Source: a virus | IMG/VR virus record: IMGVR_UViG_3300036832_000330 | Location: 1 to 64,000 of that record | DNA: 64,000 nucleotides | Strand: one strand, 5' to 3' | Shown here: one piece after another, positions 41,145 to 52,192 of the stretch | Layout: each line of letters begins with the position of its first letter | How positions within the stretch are numbered: position 1 is the first letter of the stretch | Program-made: the position numbers and the translations under genes | The notes under the pieces: generated by a model | Told to the model about the DNA's origin: nothing | The model's input: the letters and a program-made list of their open reading frames with translations, nothing else | Databases searched by the model: none

Positions 41145-43987
41145 TGCCCGGTGGTGGGTATGGCGTCGGGCTGTTCGACTCCTCGGGACCGGACAAGTTC
41201 GCGGAGTCGATCAAGAAGATCACGTCTGCCCTGACCGGGGTCCAGGGCGGCTTCACCAACTTTGGGAATGCCGCCAACAAGAGCCTGAGTGGCCTCGGGA
41301 CACTCATCGACAACCTGACCAAGAAGCTGGGTGACTTCCAGAAGCAGGCCCAGGCAGCCAGCAGCGCCATGGGTGGTGGCGGTGGTGGAGGCGGTGGAGG
41401 AGGCACTCCTGCCGGCGGTGGAAGTGGGGGCACCGGAGCAGCCGATGGCTCGTGGACTGCGCCCAGTGCCAAAGGTAACCCCGGTGGCTACAACCAGGGT
41501 CCGCTCGACACCGGCCAGGGCACCCAGCCGGATGGCAGCGCGGCGGCGGCGCAACTGAAGGATCAGTGGGGTCGGATGCCTGAGGGCACGCCCAAGCCCA
41601 AAACGGACTCCATGGTCAGTCCTGGCAATGACCAGAGCAGCATGCTAGGCAAGGCAGCCGGCTCCATGATCCCGGCTGCCATGGGCAAGATGGCGACCTC
41701 TGTGCAGCAGGGAGCCGCCGGCAACCTGATCGCTTCGTCTATTCAGGGGGCGACCATCGGACAGATGCTGGCCCCGGCTTATGGGGTCAGCGCCAAGAGC
41801 ATTTACACCTTCGGTACCGGTACGTGGGCGCAGAATCCCCAGGACGTGGCGCAGTCCGCTATGTATGCCTCCACCTACATGGGTGCCGGCCCTGGTACTA
41901 GGAACTGGTCGACTGTCAACCGTGGCGCTAACCAACTCATGGCATTGTCGCCTGGCATGACCCGGCAGCAGGCCATGGTCACCCAGAATCAGATGCAGCA
42001 GCCAGGGACGCTCAACGCTGGCCTGATGTTTGGCTTGAACTTCAAGCCTGGCGGGAAAATGATGGAGACCACTCAGCAGTACAGCATGATTTATCAGAAG
42101 TTGTTCTCCAGCTATCCAGGTGGCAAACCGACTGCTGATCAGTTCTCGGCGTACTTTGCTCCGGGTGGTCCGGGCGAGAACAACCTGGCTGCCATGGGCA
42201 TCCAGCCCGGTACTGATCAATACCAGGCGTTCATGAACTACGCCACTGCCCGTCTGGGCGTAGCCAATAAGGGCGGGGACATAACCAAGATGGATCTCAG
42301 CACGAAGAAGGGAGTGAAGCAGGCCGGTCTCGACACGCCGGCTTTTGCCCAGTTGCAGGCTCAGACTGCCAAGGCTTCCACCATGTCGAAGGCTGAGCCT
42401 GGTCTCGCCGGGGCTGCCACGAACCTCAACAACGCCGCCGCTGCTCTGTTGAAGGCCGTTGGCCCGCTAGCCAGTTTGGGCGGTGGTGTCATCGGCAAGA
42501 TCTTCGGCGGCAGCCATGGTCTGCTGGGTGGGCTTGGCCCTGAAGTGAGCATGATTGGCAAGCTCGGCGGTCACCTACCGGGCGTGGGTGGGATCATCAA
42601 GAGCATCTTCCAGCAGGGCGGTCAGGTGCCGGGGAATGGCCCTCAGTTGGCCGTTGTCCATGGCGGCGAGTACGTCCTGACCAAGGACGATGTCGACAAG
42701 ATGCAGGGCAAGAAGGGTGGGCATGGGGCCGGCGCAGGTAGCGTCCTGGGCAGTGTCGCGGGCGCGAGTGCGGGGCCGGGGGCTAAGGGCGGCGACTCTG
42801 CCCTCAAGCTGCTCTCGGAGAAGCCCTCCGACAACCCCACCATTGCGCTGTCGATGCTGTTGTCGCCCCCTCCACCTGGATCGCCTCTGGCTGCCCTCGC
42901 CAAGGGTGGCGCTCAACATCAGCTAGGTGCCGGCAAGACTGCTGCTCCTGCCCAGACTGGTGGAAAGGGAAATGCTGGAGTGGGTGGGGCCGGCATGCCT
43001 GGTCAGTGGGTGGTGAATGGCGCTCTCACTCCTGCTGGCATGGCAGCCTTGATGGGGACGGGAGGAATGGGTGCGGCGTTGGCAGCGACGCTGCCAGGAG
43101 CCGCCACCGGGACAGCAGGAGGCCAGCCCGCGACAGGAGGCAGTGCCTGGAACTACAAGTCAGCCGGCGTGGGTGCTAGCGATCTGTCGGGGATGTTCGC
43201 CGGTTCAGGCACGAACACCCAGACCTCTGACGGCTCTGGTAGTGGAGCGGGTGGCTCGGGTGGGACTGGTTCCGGCACGCCCACAAGTCTGAACGGTAGC
43301 GGCAACGTCCAGCAGGCGTACAACTACTACATCGGTAAGGGCCTGAAGGATTACCAGGCAGCCGCCATCATTGGGAACTTCGCCCAGGAGTCTGGGGTCA
43401 ACCCTAGCTCCAAGCAACCTGGCGGTGTTGGACGTGGTATCGCTCAGTGGTCGGTAGGTGGTCGATGGGATCAGCTTGTTGCCTGGGCCAAGGCATCGAA
43501 CCGAGACCCCAACAGCATGGCAACCCAGTTGGACTACACCTGGGTGGAGTTGACCGGTTCCTATGGCAGCGCCCTGTCGAATCTGAAGGCAGCCGGCAAC
43601 GTCAGTGATGCCACCACGGTCTTTGAAACAGGCTACGAGGCTGCTGGCAAATCGGCTATGTCGAGCCGGATCAAGTACGCCCAGAACGTCCTGGCCTCTA
43701 AGGGCCAGGGCTATGCCCGTGGCACCCAGCTTGTGGCTCGCAACCAGCTTGCCATGCTCCACCGGGGCGAGGCCGTGGTGCCGGCGGCTGACAACTATTC
43801 CACCACCCCCTACAACAAGGGTGGCGCTCAGGGTGGTAGCCCCATTGTCCAGTTGAACTTCAAGCCAGGCTCGGTGGTGTTGCAGGTTCCGGCCAACTCC
43901 ACCCAGCAGGACATGGACTCGCTCGCCAAGCAGTTCATCGCTGCGGTGTCCAAGCCCCAGAACCTGGCGTCAGTGAGGAGTACGTAA
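41144..43987 (+). CDS. Tape measure protein with phage tail lysozyme domain
   Basis: Gly/Ala-rich 947 aa; AAAIIGNFAQESGVNP...GIAQWS..GRW...QLDY...FETGYE. Confidence 0.85.
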   Translation: MPGGGYGVGLFDSSGPDKFAESIKKITSALTGVQGGFTNFGNAANKSLSGLGTLIDNLTKKLGDFQKQAQAASSAMGGGGGGGGGGGTPAGGGSGGTGAADGSWTAPSAKGNPGGYNQGPLDTGQGTQPDGSAAAAQLKDQWGRMPEGTPKPKTDSMVSPGNDQSSMLGKAAGSMIPAAMGKMATSVQQGAAGNLIASSIQGATIGQMLAPAYGVSAKSIYTFGTGTWAQNPQDVAQSAMYASTYMGAGPGTRNWSTVNRGANQLMALSPGMTRQQAMVTQNQMQQPGTLNAGLMFGLNFKPGGKMMETTQQYSMIYQKLFSSYPGGKPTADQFSAYFAPGGPGENNLAAMGIQPGTDQYQAFMNYATARLGVANKGGDITKMDLSTKKGVKQAGLDTPAFAQLQAQTAKASTMSKAEPGLAGAATNLNNAAAALLKAVGPLASLGGGVIGKIFGGSHGLLGGLGPEVSMIGKLGGHLPGVGGIIKSIFQQGGQVPGNGPQLAVVHGGEYVLTKDDVDKMQGKKGGHGAGAGSVLGSVAGASAGPGAKGGDSALKLLSEKPSDNPTIALSMLLSPPPPGSPLAALAKGGAQHQLGAGKTAAPAQTGGKGNAGVGGAGMPGQWVVNGALTPAGMAALMGTGGMGAALAATLPGAATGTAGGQPATGGSAWNYKSAGVGASDLSGMFAGSGTNTQTSDGSGSGAGGSGGTGSGTPTSLNGSGNVQQAYNYYIGKGLKDYQAAAIIGNFAQESGVNPSSKQPGGVGRGIAQWSVGGRWDQLVAWAKASNRDPNSMATQLDYTWVELTGSYGSALSNLKAAGNVSDATTVFETGYEAAGKSAMSSRIKYAQNVLASKGQGYARGTQLVARNQLAMLHRGEAVVPAADNYSTTPYNKGGAQGGSPIVQLNFKPGSVVLQVPANSTQQDMDSLAKQFIAAVSKPQNLASVRST

Positions 43988-45336
43988 TGCCTGTCCTCAA
44001 TCCTCCTGACGTTCCAGGCAGTGCCTACCCCGGCGCGGCCACCAAGCCGGCGGTCACCCAAGACCAGATCGACAAGATGGTGTCCTGGGCACTCAGCCAG
44101 GTGGGCAAGGGATACTCCGAAGGCGCAGGCGTGAGGTGTGGCCCGGACAAGTACGACTGCTCGGGGTTTGTTTACACCGCCTGTAAGCAAGCTGGCATAC
44201 GGCCTCCTGGTGGAATTCAGTCCTCTTGCACCACCACCTTCACCCAGTGGCCTGACCGGAACTCCAATGGCAATACGGAGGTGCAGCCCCCGTTCGCCAA
44301 GGGGGTCTTGATCTACTTCAACACCAGCAGCGGGGCACAGCCGGGTCACACCGCCATCTCACTGGGTGACGGGACCATGGTGAACGCCCTCGACACCCAG
44401 TACGGCATCATCACTTGTCCCCAAAGCTGGGGCGGGACGCCCATGGGCGGCATCTCCCTGGTCGGTGCTGGCAGCACGGGAGGAGCGGGATCCGACACGG
44501 GAGGAGGGTCTGGCTCTGGCTCTGGATCGGGCAATGCCCAAAGCACCACAGGGAAGACCTGGCAAGACGAGGTGGCTGCTCAGCAGGCCATCGTCGCCAA
44601 GCTCCCGGACCCACGAGACAACCTGCCCTTCTCCAAGTACTTCCAGACGATGCGTATGCCGCCGGCCAATAACCTCGTGCGCGGTGGGATCGCGGACCTC
44701 ACCACCAGGCAGTTCAAGTGCTACTTCATGATGAACCCCCAGCAGATCTCGATGGGGTCCAACATTGACACCAGCAACCTGACCTCGCCCCTGCAACAGG
44801 ATCCTTCGGTCATGCAGTACGGCGGTTACTGGGTGACCAACCAGACCGTCAGCTTCACCATCTATTTCAACCGCATGTATGAGGTGTGGCAGGGTGGGGT
44901 CAAAGGGCCGTCCGATATCGGGTGTCGCTGGGACATCCGCGCCATTGAACGGCTCATGGGCATCTTCGACGCCCAGACCAAGGGCGGGGCATCGGTTGGC
45001 ATTGGCAACTACGGAGCCGGTGGCTACCCGCCCATGACCTACCCGCTCCAGGTGGTCTTCGGTGGGTCCAACTCCTACCAGTTCCAGGGCACCATCGCCG
45101 GTATGGACTACACCTACACGCTCTTCTCCAAGGACATGATCCCCATCGAGGCGTTCTGTGACCTTCAGATCATGCGTATCTACCAGCCCAGCATGTCCAC
45201 CCCTGATCTGGTCAATGGCACCTTCATGACGGCGGCGAAAGCCAGTCAGTACGCGGCCAACCCCGCGGCCAATGCGTCGAAGTTTGCCAACACCCCCTTC
45301 AATCTGCCGAAGAAAGGCACGGCGAAGAAGAAGTGA
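43987..45336 (+). CDS. NlpC/P60 peptidase fused to a tube-initiator-like domain
   Basis: YDCSGFV, GHTAISLGDG.MVNA; C-terminal F.MNP...SFTIYFNR...FS.DMIP. Confidence 0.8.
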   Translation: MPVLNPPDVPGSAYPGAATKPAVTQDQIDKMVSWALSQVGKGYSEGAGVRCGPDKYDCSGFVYTACKQAGIRPPGGIQSSCTTTFTQWPDRNSNGNTEVQPPFAKGVLIYFNTSSGAQPGHTAISLGDGTMVNALDTQYGIITCPQSWGGTPMGGISLVGAGSTGGAGSDTGGGSGSGSGSGNAQSTTGKTWQDEVAAQQAIVAKLPDPRDNLPFSKYFQTMRMPPANNLVRGGIADLTTRQFKCYFMMNPQQISMGSNIDTSNLTSPLQQDPSVMQYGGYWVTNQTVSFTIYFNRMYEVWQGGVKGPSDIGCRWDIRAIERLMGIFDAQTKGGASVGIGNYGAGGYPPMTYPLQVVFGGSNSYQFQGTIAGMDYTYTLFSKDMIPIEAFCDLQIMRIYQPSMSTPDLVNGTFMTAAKASQYAANPAANASKFANTPFNLPKKGTAKKK

Positions 45337-45611
45337 CCATCGGCCTGTACTCTCGCTATCTGGGTCAGCCCGTGGTCGCGGTGCCTCTCGATACCTCTGG
45401 GCAGTACAAGTCGGCGGTGTTTGGCCCACCCACCACTGGCCCCACCCAGTTCGCCTACTACACCGTGGTGGACGGGGATCGCTTCGACACCATCTCCTAT
45501 GAGGTGTACGGCCTGCCGGATTACTGGTGGAAGATCGCCAATGCCAACCCTGAGGTGTTCTACCCGGACTACCTCGTCCCTGGCTCGATCCTGAGGATCC
45601 CAACCTCATGA
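45333..45611 (+). CDS. LysM / tail-X-like baseplate protein
   Basis: SRY...YTVVDGDRFDTISY..YG....WW.IA.ANP...PG..LRIP. Confidence 0.85.
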   Translation: MTIGLYSRYLGQPVVAVPLDTSGQYKSAVFGPPTTGPTQFAYYTVVDGDRFDTISYEVYGLPDYWWKIANANPEVFYPDYLVPGSILRIPTS

Positions 45612-46795
45612 CCATTCAAGCCGTGGCGTATCCGACCTTCGATCCTGGTGGCATCGCGGCCAAGAAGACCGTCAGCACAGTCAAGGTGATGATGACTGAG
45701 GGCATGCATGACACTGCCATCATCACCCTGCGCTCGGAGGTGACTGATGCCCCGGAGCTTCAACCCGGCACCCCGGTGCAAGTGCAGTATGGCTGGAACC
45801 CCCTCGACATGGACTGGTTCTACGGCTACGTCGACCACGTCGAGGCCCACTACGACAAGTCCCTCCCCGATCAGTCCACCTTTGAGGACGTGGTCTGCCT
45901 GGGGGCTAGCTATTGCCTGAAAGATCCTTTCTCGGGGGCCTGGACGCACGTCCAGGCATCGAGCCTGGTGACTCAGATCGCCAGCCAGTACTTCCTGGCT
46001 TCGCTGATCGAGAACGACGACTACATCTGGCCGCAGTTGTCGAACCCCGGTTCGTCGGCCTGGTCGTTCCTCGTCCAGCTTGCCAACAAGAACGGCTACA
46101 GCCTGGCCGTGAACCAGACGCTGTTGCGGTTCCTCTCTATCGATGTCGGTGTGCGTTGCTACGGGCCAGCCATGCCGGTATTCAAGACCCGCAAGACCGC
46201 CGCCAGTGTGGTGCAGCAAGGAATCTCAAACTTTCAGGCTATTACCGGGGAGACTTTCACCACTCCAGGCGGCAACAAGGCCATCCGTACCATTGCCGGC
46301 CTCGATCTCACCACGGGCACGGTCGTCGGAGCGGTCAACACGGGCACCGAGAGCATCCTGGGACAGGACGCCGTCTATCCCTTCTTCACTCAGCAGGTCT
46401 CTGACACGGTGGTCAACTCTCAGGGATCGGCCCAGAACACGTTGATAGGCATGGCTGAGTACAACCGGCTCAGCTATCGGGCCACGGCCAGTCTCACTGG
46501 CCTGACCACAGTCAAGCAGGGCACACCCATCGTGCTGAATGGAATTGACGCCAACAACGATGGGGTGTGGTGGGTCATGGAGGTTACTCACCGGATCTCA
46601 TCGGTGGGCTACTCCATGGATGTCTGTTTGGGCCGTGACTCCAAGGGTGACAATGGCATGCGCCCGGTTCAGTCAGCAGCGGCGGCTTACACCCCTCAGA
46701 ACCCCATGTCCTACGCCGTCAAGAACGCTCCTCCCACCAGGCTCGTGAATAATCGCTGGCGCGCCGGGAACCAGTTCAATGTCAACATCAGTTAG
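45608..46795 (+). CDS. Baseplate hub protein (late control D-like)
   Basis: HD.A, FYGYV, S.WSFL..LA...GY, G.WWV.EVTH. Confidence 0.8.
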   Translation: MTIQAVAYPTFDPGGIAAKKTVSTVKVMMTEGMHDTAIITLRSEVTDAPELQPGTPVQVQYGWNPLDMDWFYGYVDHVEAHYDKSLPDQSTFEDVVCLGASYCLKDPFSGAWTHVQASSLVTQIASQYFLASLIENDDYIWPQLSNPGSSAWSFLVQLANKNGYSLAVNQTLLRFLSIDVGVRCYGPAMPVFKTRKTAASVVQQGISNFQAITGETFTTPGGNKAIRTIAGLDLTTGTVVGAVNTGTESILGQDAVYPFFTQQVSDTVVNSQGSAQNTLIGMAEYNRLSYRATASLTGLTTVKQGTPIVLNGIDANNDGVWWVMEVTHRISSVGYSMDVCLGRDSKGDNGMRPVQSAAAAYTPQNPMSYAVKNAPPTRLVNNRWRAGNQFNVNIS

Positions 46796-48548
46796 CCCCA
46801 CCTCCACTCCGCAGCTTTACCCTGGTGTCTATCCGGCCAAGGTCTTCGCCAACAATGATCCGCAGCACAAAGCCCGGATCCAGATGTACATCCCCCAGAT
46901 CTACGGGACCATGCCGGTCAAGATCTGGGCACCTCCGGTCTCCCAGGCATCCGGCTCGCCGGCAGTGGGCAGCGTGGTGTGGTGCCTGTTCCAGGGCGGT
47001 GACCCTGCCTACCCCACCTACCTGCCCCAGACGGCGGGTGGAGGTGGTGCCATTGGCCCGACAGGCCCCACCGGGCCACAGGGTCCAGTCGGTGCCCAGG
47101 GTCCACTAGGTCCGACTGGCCCAACGGGACCGCAGGGGATCGTTGGCCCCACTGGTCCCTCAGGTGGCCCACCTGGGCCTACGGGAGCGACGGGTCCGAC
47201 CGGCCCCACGGGATTGGTAGGGCCTCCAGGAGCGACCGGTCCTGCGGGTGCCATCGGTAGCCCTGGCCCGACTGGATCCACAGGACCGACTGGCCCTCAG
47301 GGTCCAGCCGGTGGCCCTACCGGACCCACCGGTCCTCAAGGCCCACCTGGACTCACCTACATCACCACGCTGACCTCGCCCACGGTGGCCGGCTCCCCTT
47401 ACACCGTCGTCCACAACCTGGGTGCCACCTATCCACTGGTCGAACTGTGGGATGCGGTGACTGGCTTCATGATCACCGCCGATGTCACGCGGGTGGACGC
47501 TAATACCATCCGGGTCTCTTTCCGACAGAACGCCGCCAACAACGTCACCGTGGTGGTCACGGGAGGAGCATCAGGCAGCGGACCTACCGGCTCCACTGGC
47601 CCCACTGGTGTCGCTGGTCCGACCGGCCCCACCGGGCCTACTGGAGCGACTGGGCAAGGCATCAGCATCAAAGGCTCGGTGCCCAACTCGGGCAGTCTGC
47701 CCTCCACTGGTAATCAGCCAGGTGACGGGTGGATCACTGCTGATACCGGGCACCTGTGGGTATGGGACGGGACCAAGTGGACAGACGCCGGCCTGGTTCA
47801 GGGTCCACCCGGTGTCGCTGGCCCCACGGGACCGACTGGAGCTATTGGCCCCACGGGTCCGACCGGCAACACGGGAGCCACTGGATCTCAAGGCATCCAG
47901 GGAGTGGCCGGTCCCACCGGGCCAACAGGAGCCACCGGGACGACAGGGGTCACTGGCGCGTCTGGATCCACTGGGCCGACAGGGCCGACTGGTGCGGCCT
48001 CCACTGTCCCTGGCCCCACTGGGCCGACTGGGTCGACCGGTCCTGCCGGCACGGGCCTCGTCTACACGGCAACGCTCACCACTCCTACGGTGGCCGGTTC
48101 TCCCTACACAGTGACTCACACCCTGGGCGTTCAGTATCCCTTGGTGGAACTGTGGGACTCTGTCACTGGCTCCATGATCCAGGCCGATGTCGCCACTGTC
48201 GACACCAACAGCATCCGGGTCACGTTTCGTCAGGATGCCGCCCACAACGTCACAGTGGTCGTCACTGGCTCGACTTCAGGGAGCGGCCCCGCCGGTCCTC
48301 CCGGCCCCACCGGTCCCACAGGAGCCACTGGCCCCGCCGGTACGGGAGCCGGTCAGACCTTGACCTGGAACCAGGCCAGCGCAGCCACGGTGTGGACGAT
48401 CCCTCACAATCTTGGCTACTACCCCAACGTGACCGCAGTGGACTCGGCGGGCACTGAGATCTTCCCAGGCACGGTGAAGTACATAAGCGCCACCACAGTT
48501 GAACTCGACTTCTCGGCTGCCGTGGGCGGCTCGGCGTACCTGAGTTAG
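46779..48548 (+). CDS. gp5/VgrG OB-fold spike protein fused to collagen and HNL modules
   Basis: GVY.A.V..N.DP...ARI...IPQ...WA...P.VGS.VWC.FQGGDP.YP, then GPTGPT repeats. Confidence 0.85.
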   Translation: MSTSVSPTSTPQLYPGVYPAKVFANNDPQHKARIQMYIPQIYGTMPVKIWAPPVSQASGSPAVGSVVWCLFQGGDPAYPTYLPQTAGGGGAIGPTGPTGPQGPVGAQGPLGPTGPTGPQGIVGPTGPSGGPPGPTGATGPTGPTGLVGPPGATGPAGAIGSPGPTGSTGPTGPQGPAGGPTGPTGPQGPPGLTYITTLTSPTVAGSPYTVVHNLGATYPLVELWDAVTGFMITADVTRVDANTIRVSFRQNAANNVTVVVTGGASGSGPTGSTGPTGVAGPTGPTGPTGATGQGISIKGSVPNSGSLPSTGNQPGDGWITADTGHLWVWDGTKWTDAGLVQGPPGVAGPTGPTGAIGPTGPTGNTGATGSQGIQGVAGPTGPTGATGTTGVTGASGSTGPTGPTGAASTVPGPTGPTGSTGPAGTGLVYTATLTTPTVAGSPYTVTHTLGVQYPLVELWDSVTGSMIQADVATVDTNSIRVTFRQDAAHNVTVVVTGSTSGSGPAGPPGPTGPTGATGPAGTGAGQTLTWNQASAATVWTIPHNLGYYPNVTAVDSAGTEIFPGTVKYISATTVELDFSAAVGGSAYLS

Positions 48549-48557
48549 GAGCGAACC

Positions 48558-50039
48558 ATGCCCACCTTCTACGGCGCTGTTGACCTGATCCAGAACGAGC
48601 TTCGCAACGCCACCGTCCAGAACCTGGGATCGGCCCCGGCCACACCACATGCCGGTCAGCTTTACTACAACACCGCCAATAACACACTGTGGTGGTGGAA
48701 TGGCACAGCCTGGATAGCAGCTTCAGGAGCTACACCGGGCAGCACAGTCACCACCCAGGCAGTCGGTGATGCTGCGGTCGTTGGTGCCCTCACCAGTTTT
48801 GCCCGTGAGGATCACAAGCACGGGCGAGAAGCATTCGGTGGCACGGTCACGGCAGACACCACCTTTGGTGCTGGTTCAGCAGTCGGTAGTGCTACCACGC
48901 TGCCGCACTCTGACCATAGTCATGGTTCTCCCACCCATGACGCCACGGCGCACAGTGCCCTGTTAGGTACGGTCACGGCGGAACCGACCTTTGGTAGCGC
49001 CAGCACCAACGGTGCAGCAGGCACGATCTCACGCTCGGATCATGCCCACGGTAACCCCACCCACGGTGCGGCTGACCACACGGCCTTGTTGGGAGCGGTC
49101 ACTCCCGAACCCACCTTTGGCTCAGCCAGTGCCAATGGTGCGGCCACCACCATCTCTCGTTCAGACCATGCTCACGGCAATCCCACCCACCTGGCCGGCG
49201 ATCACTCCTCGATCTCGCTGTCGGCCTTCGCTGTGCCTACGGCGGCGCTGAACCTCAACAACCAGAACATCAACAACCTGGCGGATCCCACTACCGCTCA
49301 GCAGGCTGCCACCAAGAACTACGTCGACAATGCGGTAGCGGGCCTGTCCTGGAAGGCCCCGGCTCGGGGTGCATCCACCGCCAACATCGCCGCTCTGTCG
49401 GGCACCATGACCCTGGACGGCGTGGCCCTGATCGCGGGCGACCGTGTCCTGGTCAAGAACCAGACCACACAGTCAGCCAACGGTGTCTATGTGGTGGCGG
49501 CGGGAGCGTGGGCCAGGGCCACTGACTGTGCCACCGCGGCCCAGCTTCTCAACATGGCGGTCTACATCGAGGAAGGCACCACCCAGGCCGACACGGGCTG
49601 GGTCATGACCACCAACGCTCCCATCACGGTGGGCAGCACGAACCTCGTCTACGTGCAGTTCACTGGGGCGGGCACCTATACCGCCGGCAATGGCCTGCAA
49701 CTTACTGGCAACGTCTTCTCGGTCCTGAATGCTGACACGAGCATCACGGTGGCGGGAGGTGGCATCTCGGTCAACACCGCAGTCATCGCCACTCAGGCGT
49801 ACGTCAACACCGCCGTCACCGGGGTGACCAAGAAATACGCCGCCAACCTGACCGGCACGGCCTCGCCGGAAACCGTGACCCATAACCTCAACACAAGGGA
49901 TGTGCAAGTGACTGTACTGAATGGCGCATCGCCCTACGGTGCCGTCGAGGTGGATTGGCAGGCCACTACTGTCAACACCGTGACCATCAGCTACAACCCC
50001 AACCTGGGAGCGGGTTATCGAGTGGTGGTGCAAGGCTGA
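48558..50039 (+). CDS. Tail fibre protein
   Basis: DL.QNEL.NA..QNL..AP, RSDHAHG repeats, AATKNYVD, GDRVLVKNQT...NGVY, THNLNT. Confidence 0.85.
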   Translation: MPTFYGAVDLIQNELRNATVQNLGSAPATPHAGQLYYNTANNTLWWWNGTAWIAASGATPGSTVTTQAVGDAAVVGALTSFAREDHKHGREAFGGTVTADTTFGAGSAVGSATTLPHSDHSHGSPTHDATAHSALLGTVTAEPTFGSASTNGAAGTISRSDHAHGNPTHGAADHTALLGAVTPEPTFGSASANGAATTISRSDHAHGNPTHLAGDHSSISLSAFAVPTAALNLNNQNINNLADPTTAQQAATKNYVDNAVAGLSWKAPARGASTANIAALSGTMTLDGVALIAGDRVLVKNQTTQSANGVYVVAAGAWARATDCATAAQLLNMAVYIEEGTTQADTGWVMTTNAPITVGSTNLVYVQFTGAGTYTAGNGLQLTGNVFSVLNADTSITVAGGGISVNTAVIATQAYVNTAVTGVTKKYAANLTGTASPETVTHNLNTRDVQVTVLNGASPYGAVEVDWQATTVNTVTISYNPNLGAGYRVVVQG

Positions 50040-51625
50040 TGCCCCGTACTTATGGCACCACCAACGTCATGCCCTACGCCTCTGCGCCGGCAGTGGGCGC
50101 GGTGGGCGACGAGTACTACAACACCACCAACAAGTTCCTGTACCTCTCGGACGGCACGGCCTGGAACGCCATTATGGGTGGGGGAGGAGGAGGTGGTGGC
50201 TCGCCGGCCTGGGTGGGCACCATCACCTCGCCGGTAGCGGGGACCACCTACACCCTGACCCACAACCTCAACACCTCGACGCCCTTCGTGCAGCTATGGG
50301 ATGCCGTCACGCTGGTGCAGGTCATCGGTCAGGTGGTGGCTGTCAACGCCAATCAGGTACAGGTCACCTTCTCGGCCACCCCGGCCCACAACGTGACGGT
50401 GGTGGTAGGCGGCATCTCGGCGGTAGGCACGGCCACCTCCACTGGCCCCTGGACTGGGACCATCTCCACGCCCGCCGCCAATACCGCCTACACCCTGACC
50501 CACAGTCTGAATACCGCCACCCCCATCGTGCAGATGTACGACGCCGTGACCAGGGCACAGATCATGGGTCAGATCGTGGCGACCACCGTCAACTCCATCA
50601 CGGTCACCTTCACCCAGGCCCCGCCCAACAACGTCACGGTGGTCATCAGCACGGGCGGCATAGCCGCCTCTGGTGTCGCGCCCTCTGGTCCCTGGACTTC
50701 CGCCATCGTCAGTCCCGCTGCCCTGACCACCTACACCCTGACCCACAGCCTGAATAGCTCTACACCTTTGGTGCAACTCTGGGATGCGGTCACCAAGCTC
50801 CAGGTGCAGGCCCAGGTGACGGCGCTCGACGCCAACCGCATAGCGGTCCTCTTCGCCACGGCCCCACCCAACAACGTCAACGTGGTGGTGAGCAGCGGAG
50901 GTGGCACGCCCGGACCCACGGCTGCCAATGTCTATTACCTGACCTACTACCAGACCATCCCGGCAGTGCAGGCCGGCTCGCCCTACACCCTGAACCACAG
51001 GCTCAACAGCACCCAGATCATCGTGCAGCTATGGGACGCGACCACCCTCCAGTTGGTGCAGGCCCAGGTTCAGATCATCGACGCCAATAACATCCGCATC
51101 AGCGTGGCTCAGTCCATGCCCAACGCCGTGAACGCGGTGGTGATGATCGGTCCTAGCACTCCTGCGGCGGTCAACCCTGGCGACATGGCGAGCAAATCCT
51201 ACGTTGATACCGCAGGGTCCACCCGCTATGCCTTCAGGGGTGTGCGGACTGCTGCGCTTAACTCATCTGGCACAGCAGCCACTTCACAGATCGTGGTGTT
51301 CGATCAGGCACCTGTCAATCAGGGCAACTGTTACAACACTACTACCGGTCTGTATACCTGCCCGGTTGCTGGTGTGTACATGGTTCACGGCGGGTTAGGG
51401 TGGAACCTGAGTGCGTCGGGCCAGGGTTTTACACAAATATTTAAAAACGGTGCCGAAGTGCGACGTGTAGGTATTACCAGCTCTGGATATGCCGAGACTA
51501 GTGTTACATACATCGATCTGTGCGTGGCAGGGGACACATTCCAACTGAATAATCAGAGTTCGTTGACTACCCAAGGTATTCGGCTCGGCACTGAAACCTA
51601 CTTCAATGCTGTATTCATGGGATAG
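50039..51625 (+). CDS. Tail fibre with four HNL modules and a C-terminal C1q-like domain
   Basis: Four TH(N/S)LN..P.VQ(L/M)(W/Y)DA.T repeats; FD...NQGNCYNTTTGLYTCPVAGVY. Confidence 0.85.
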   Translation: MPRTYGTTNVMPYASAPAVGAVGDEYYNTTNKFLYLSDGTAWNAIMGGGGGGGGSPAWVGTITSPVAGTTYTLTHNLNTSTPFVQLWDAVTLVQVIGQVVAVNANQVQVTFSATPAHNVTVVVGGISAVGTATSTGPWTGTISTPAANTAYTLTHSLNTATPIVQMYDAVTRAQIMGQIVATTVNSITVTFTQAPPNNVTVVISTGGIAASGVAPSGPWTSAIVSPAALTTYTLTHSLNSSTPLVQLWDAVTKLQVQAQVTALDANRIAVLFATAPPNNVNVVVSSGGGTPGPTAANVYYLTYYQTIPAVQAGSPYTLNHRLNSTQIIVQLWDATTLQLVQAQVQIIDANNIRISVAQSMPNAVNAVVMIGPSTPAAVNPGDMASKSYVDTAGSTRYAFRGVRTAALNSSGTAATSQIVVFDQAPVNQGNCYNTTTGLYTCPVAGVYMVHGGLGWNLSASGQGFTQIFKNGAEVRRVGITSSGYAETSVTYIDLCVAGDTFQLNNQSSLTTQGIRLGTETYFNAVFMG

Positions 51626-51634
51626 GACGGGCTG

Positions 51635-52192
51635 ATGACACTCCTCAACTACACCTACCCGATCCCTCTCCCGGCCCCGGTTACGTCGGGGTCAGGTATC
51701 CAGAGCTATACCGATCCGATGGGTGACGTATGGGTAGCTGCCAATGGGGTGAACTCGGGCAACTGGAAGCGGGCCAGAGATGCGTTGCATTGTGAGTATT
51801 ATCGGGCGGCTGCCTGGACGACTCCAACTTCGTTGTCGGCGGTAGCTATGGATCAGGTCATCGAGGATTTCTATGGCCTATACAATGCCAACACTGGTGT
51901 GTTCTCGGTTCCGGTCACAGGACTGTACCTGCTTAACTTTTCCGTAGCGGCGACGGCGACCGCGATCAACCAATGGCTGAACTGCGTTCTCGTTAACACT
52001 GGCGGTAGCATGGTAGCGCAGTTCCAGAACTACGCCGGTGCCGCCGCCAACTTTACCTCTGCCACCATTTACCAACGTGCCCTCGCTAACACGGAGACAA
52101 TCACTACCAAGGTGAACGCTAGTGTTGGCATGACAGGGAGTATCGGTGTGAATGCGAGTCGATTTGGGGCCGTATACCTGGGGACAAGCTGA
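51635..52192 (+). CDS. C1q-like receptor-binding cassette 1
   Basis: Shared N-terminus PAPVTSG...DP.GDVWVA.NG...W.RARD; YNANTGVFSVPVTGLY. Confidence 0.75.
   Translation: MTLLNYTYPIPLPAPVTSGSGIQSYTDPMGDVWVAANGVNSGNWKRARDALHCEYYRAAAWTTPTSLSAVAMDQVIEDFYGLYNANTGVFSVPVTGLYLLNFSVAATATAINQWLNCVLVNTGGSMVAQFQNYAGAAANFTSATIYQRALANTETITTKVNASVGMTGSIGVNASRFGAVYLGTS

Noticed and set aside
38465-45615. Long antisense ORFs (e.g. 38465-39580, 44359-45615)
   Set aside because: Shadow frames of GC3-rich genes with no recognisable motifs.
37676-46795. Stand-alone extracellular contractile injection system
   Set aside because: Terminase, portal, capsid and replication genes are linked, so this is a phage tail.
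47050-48350. 9-bp periodic repeats as a DNA repeat array
   Set aside because: They encode Gly-Pro-Thr collagen with variable third codon positions.
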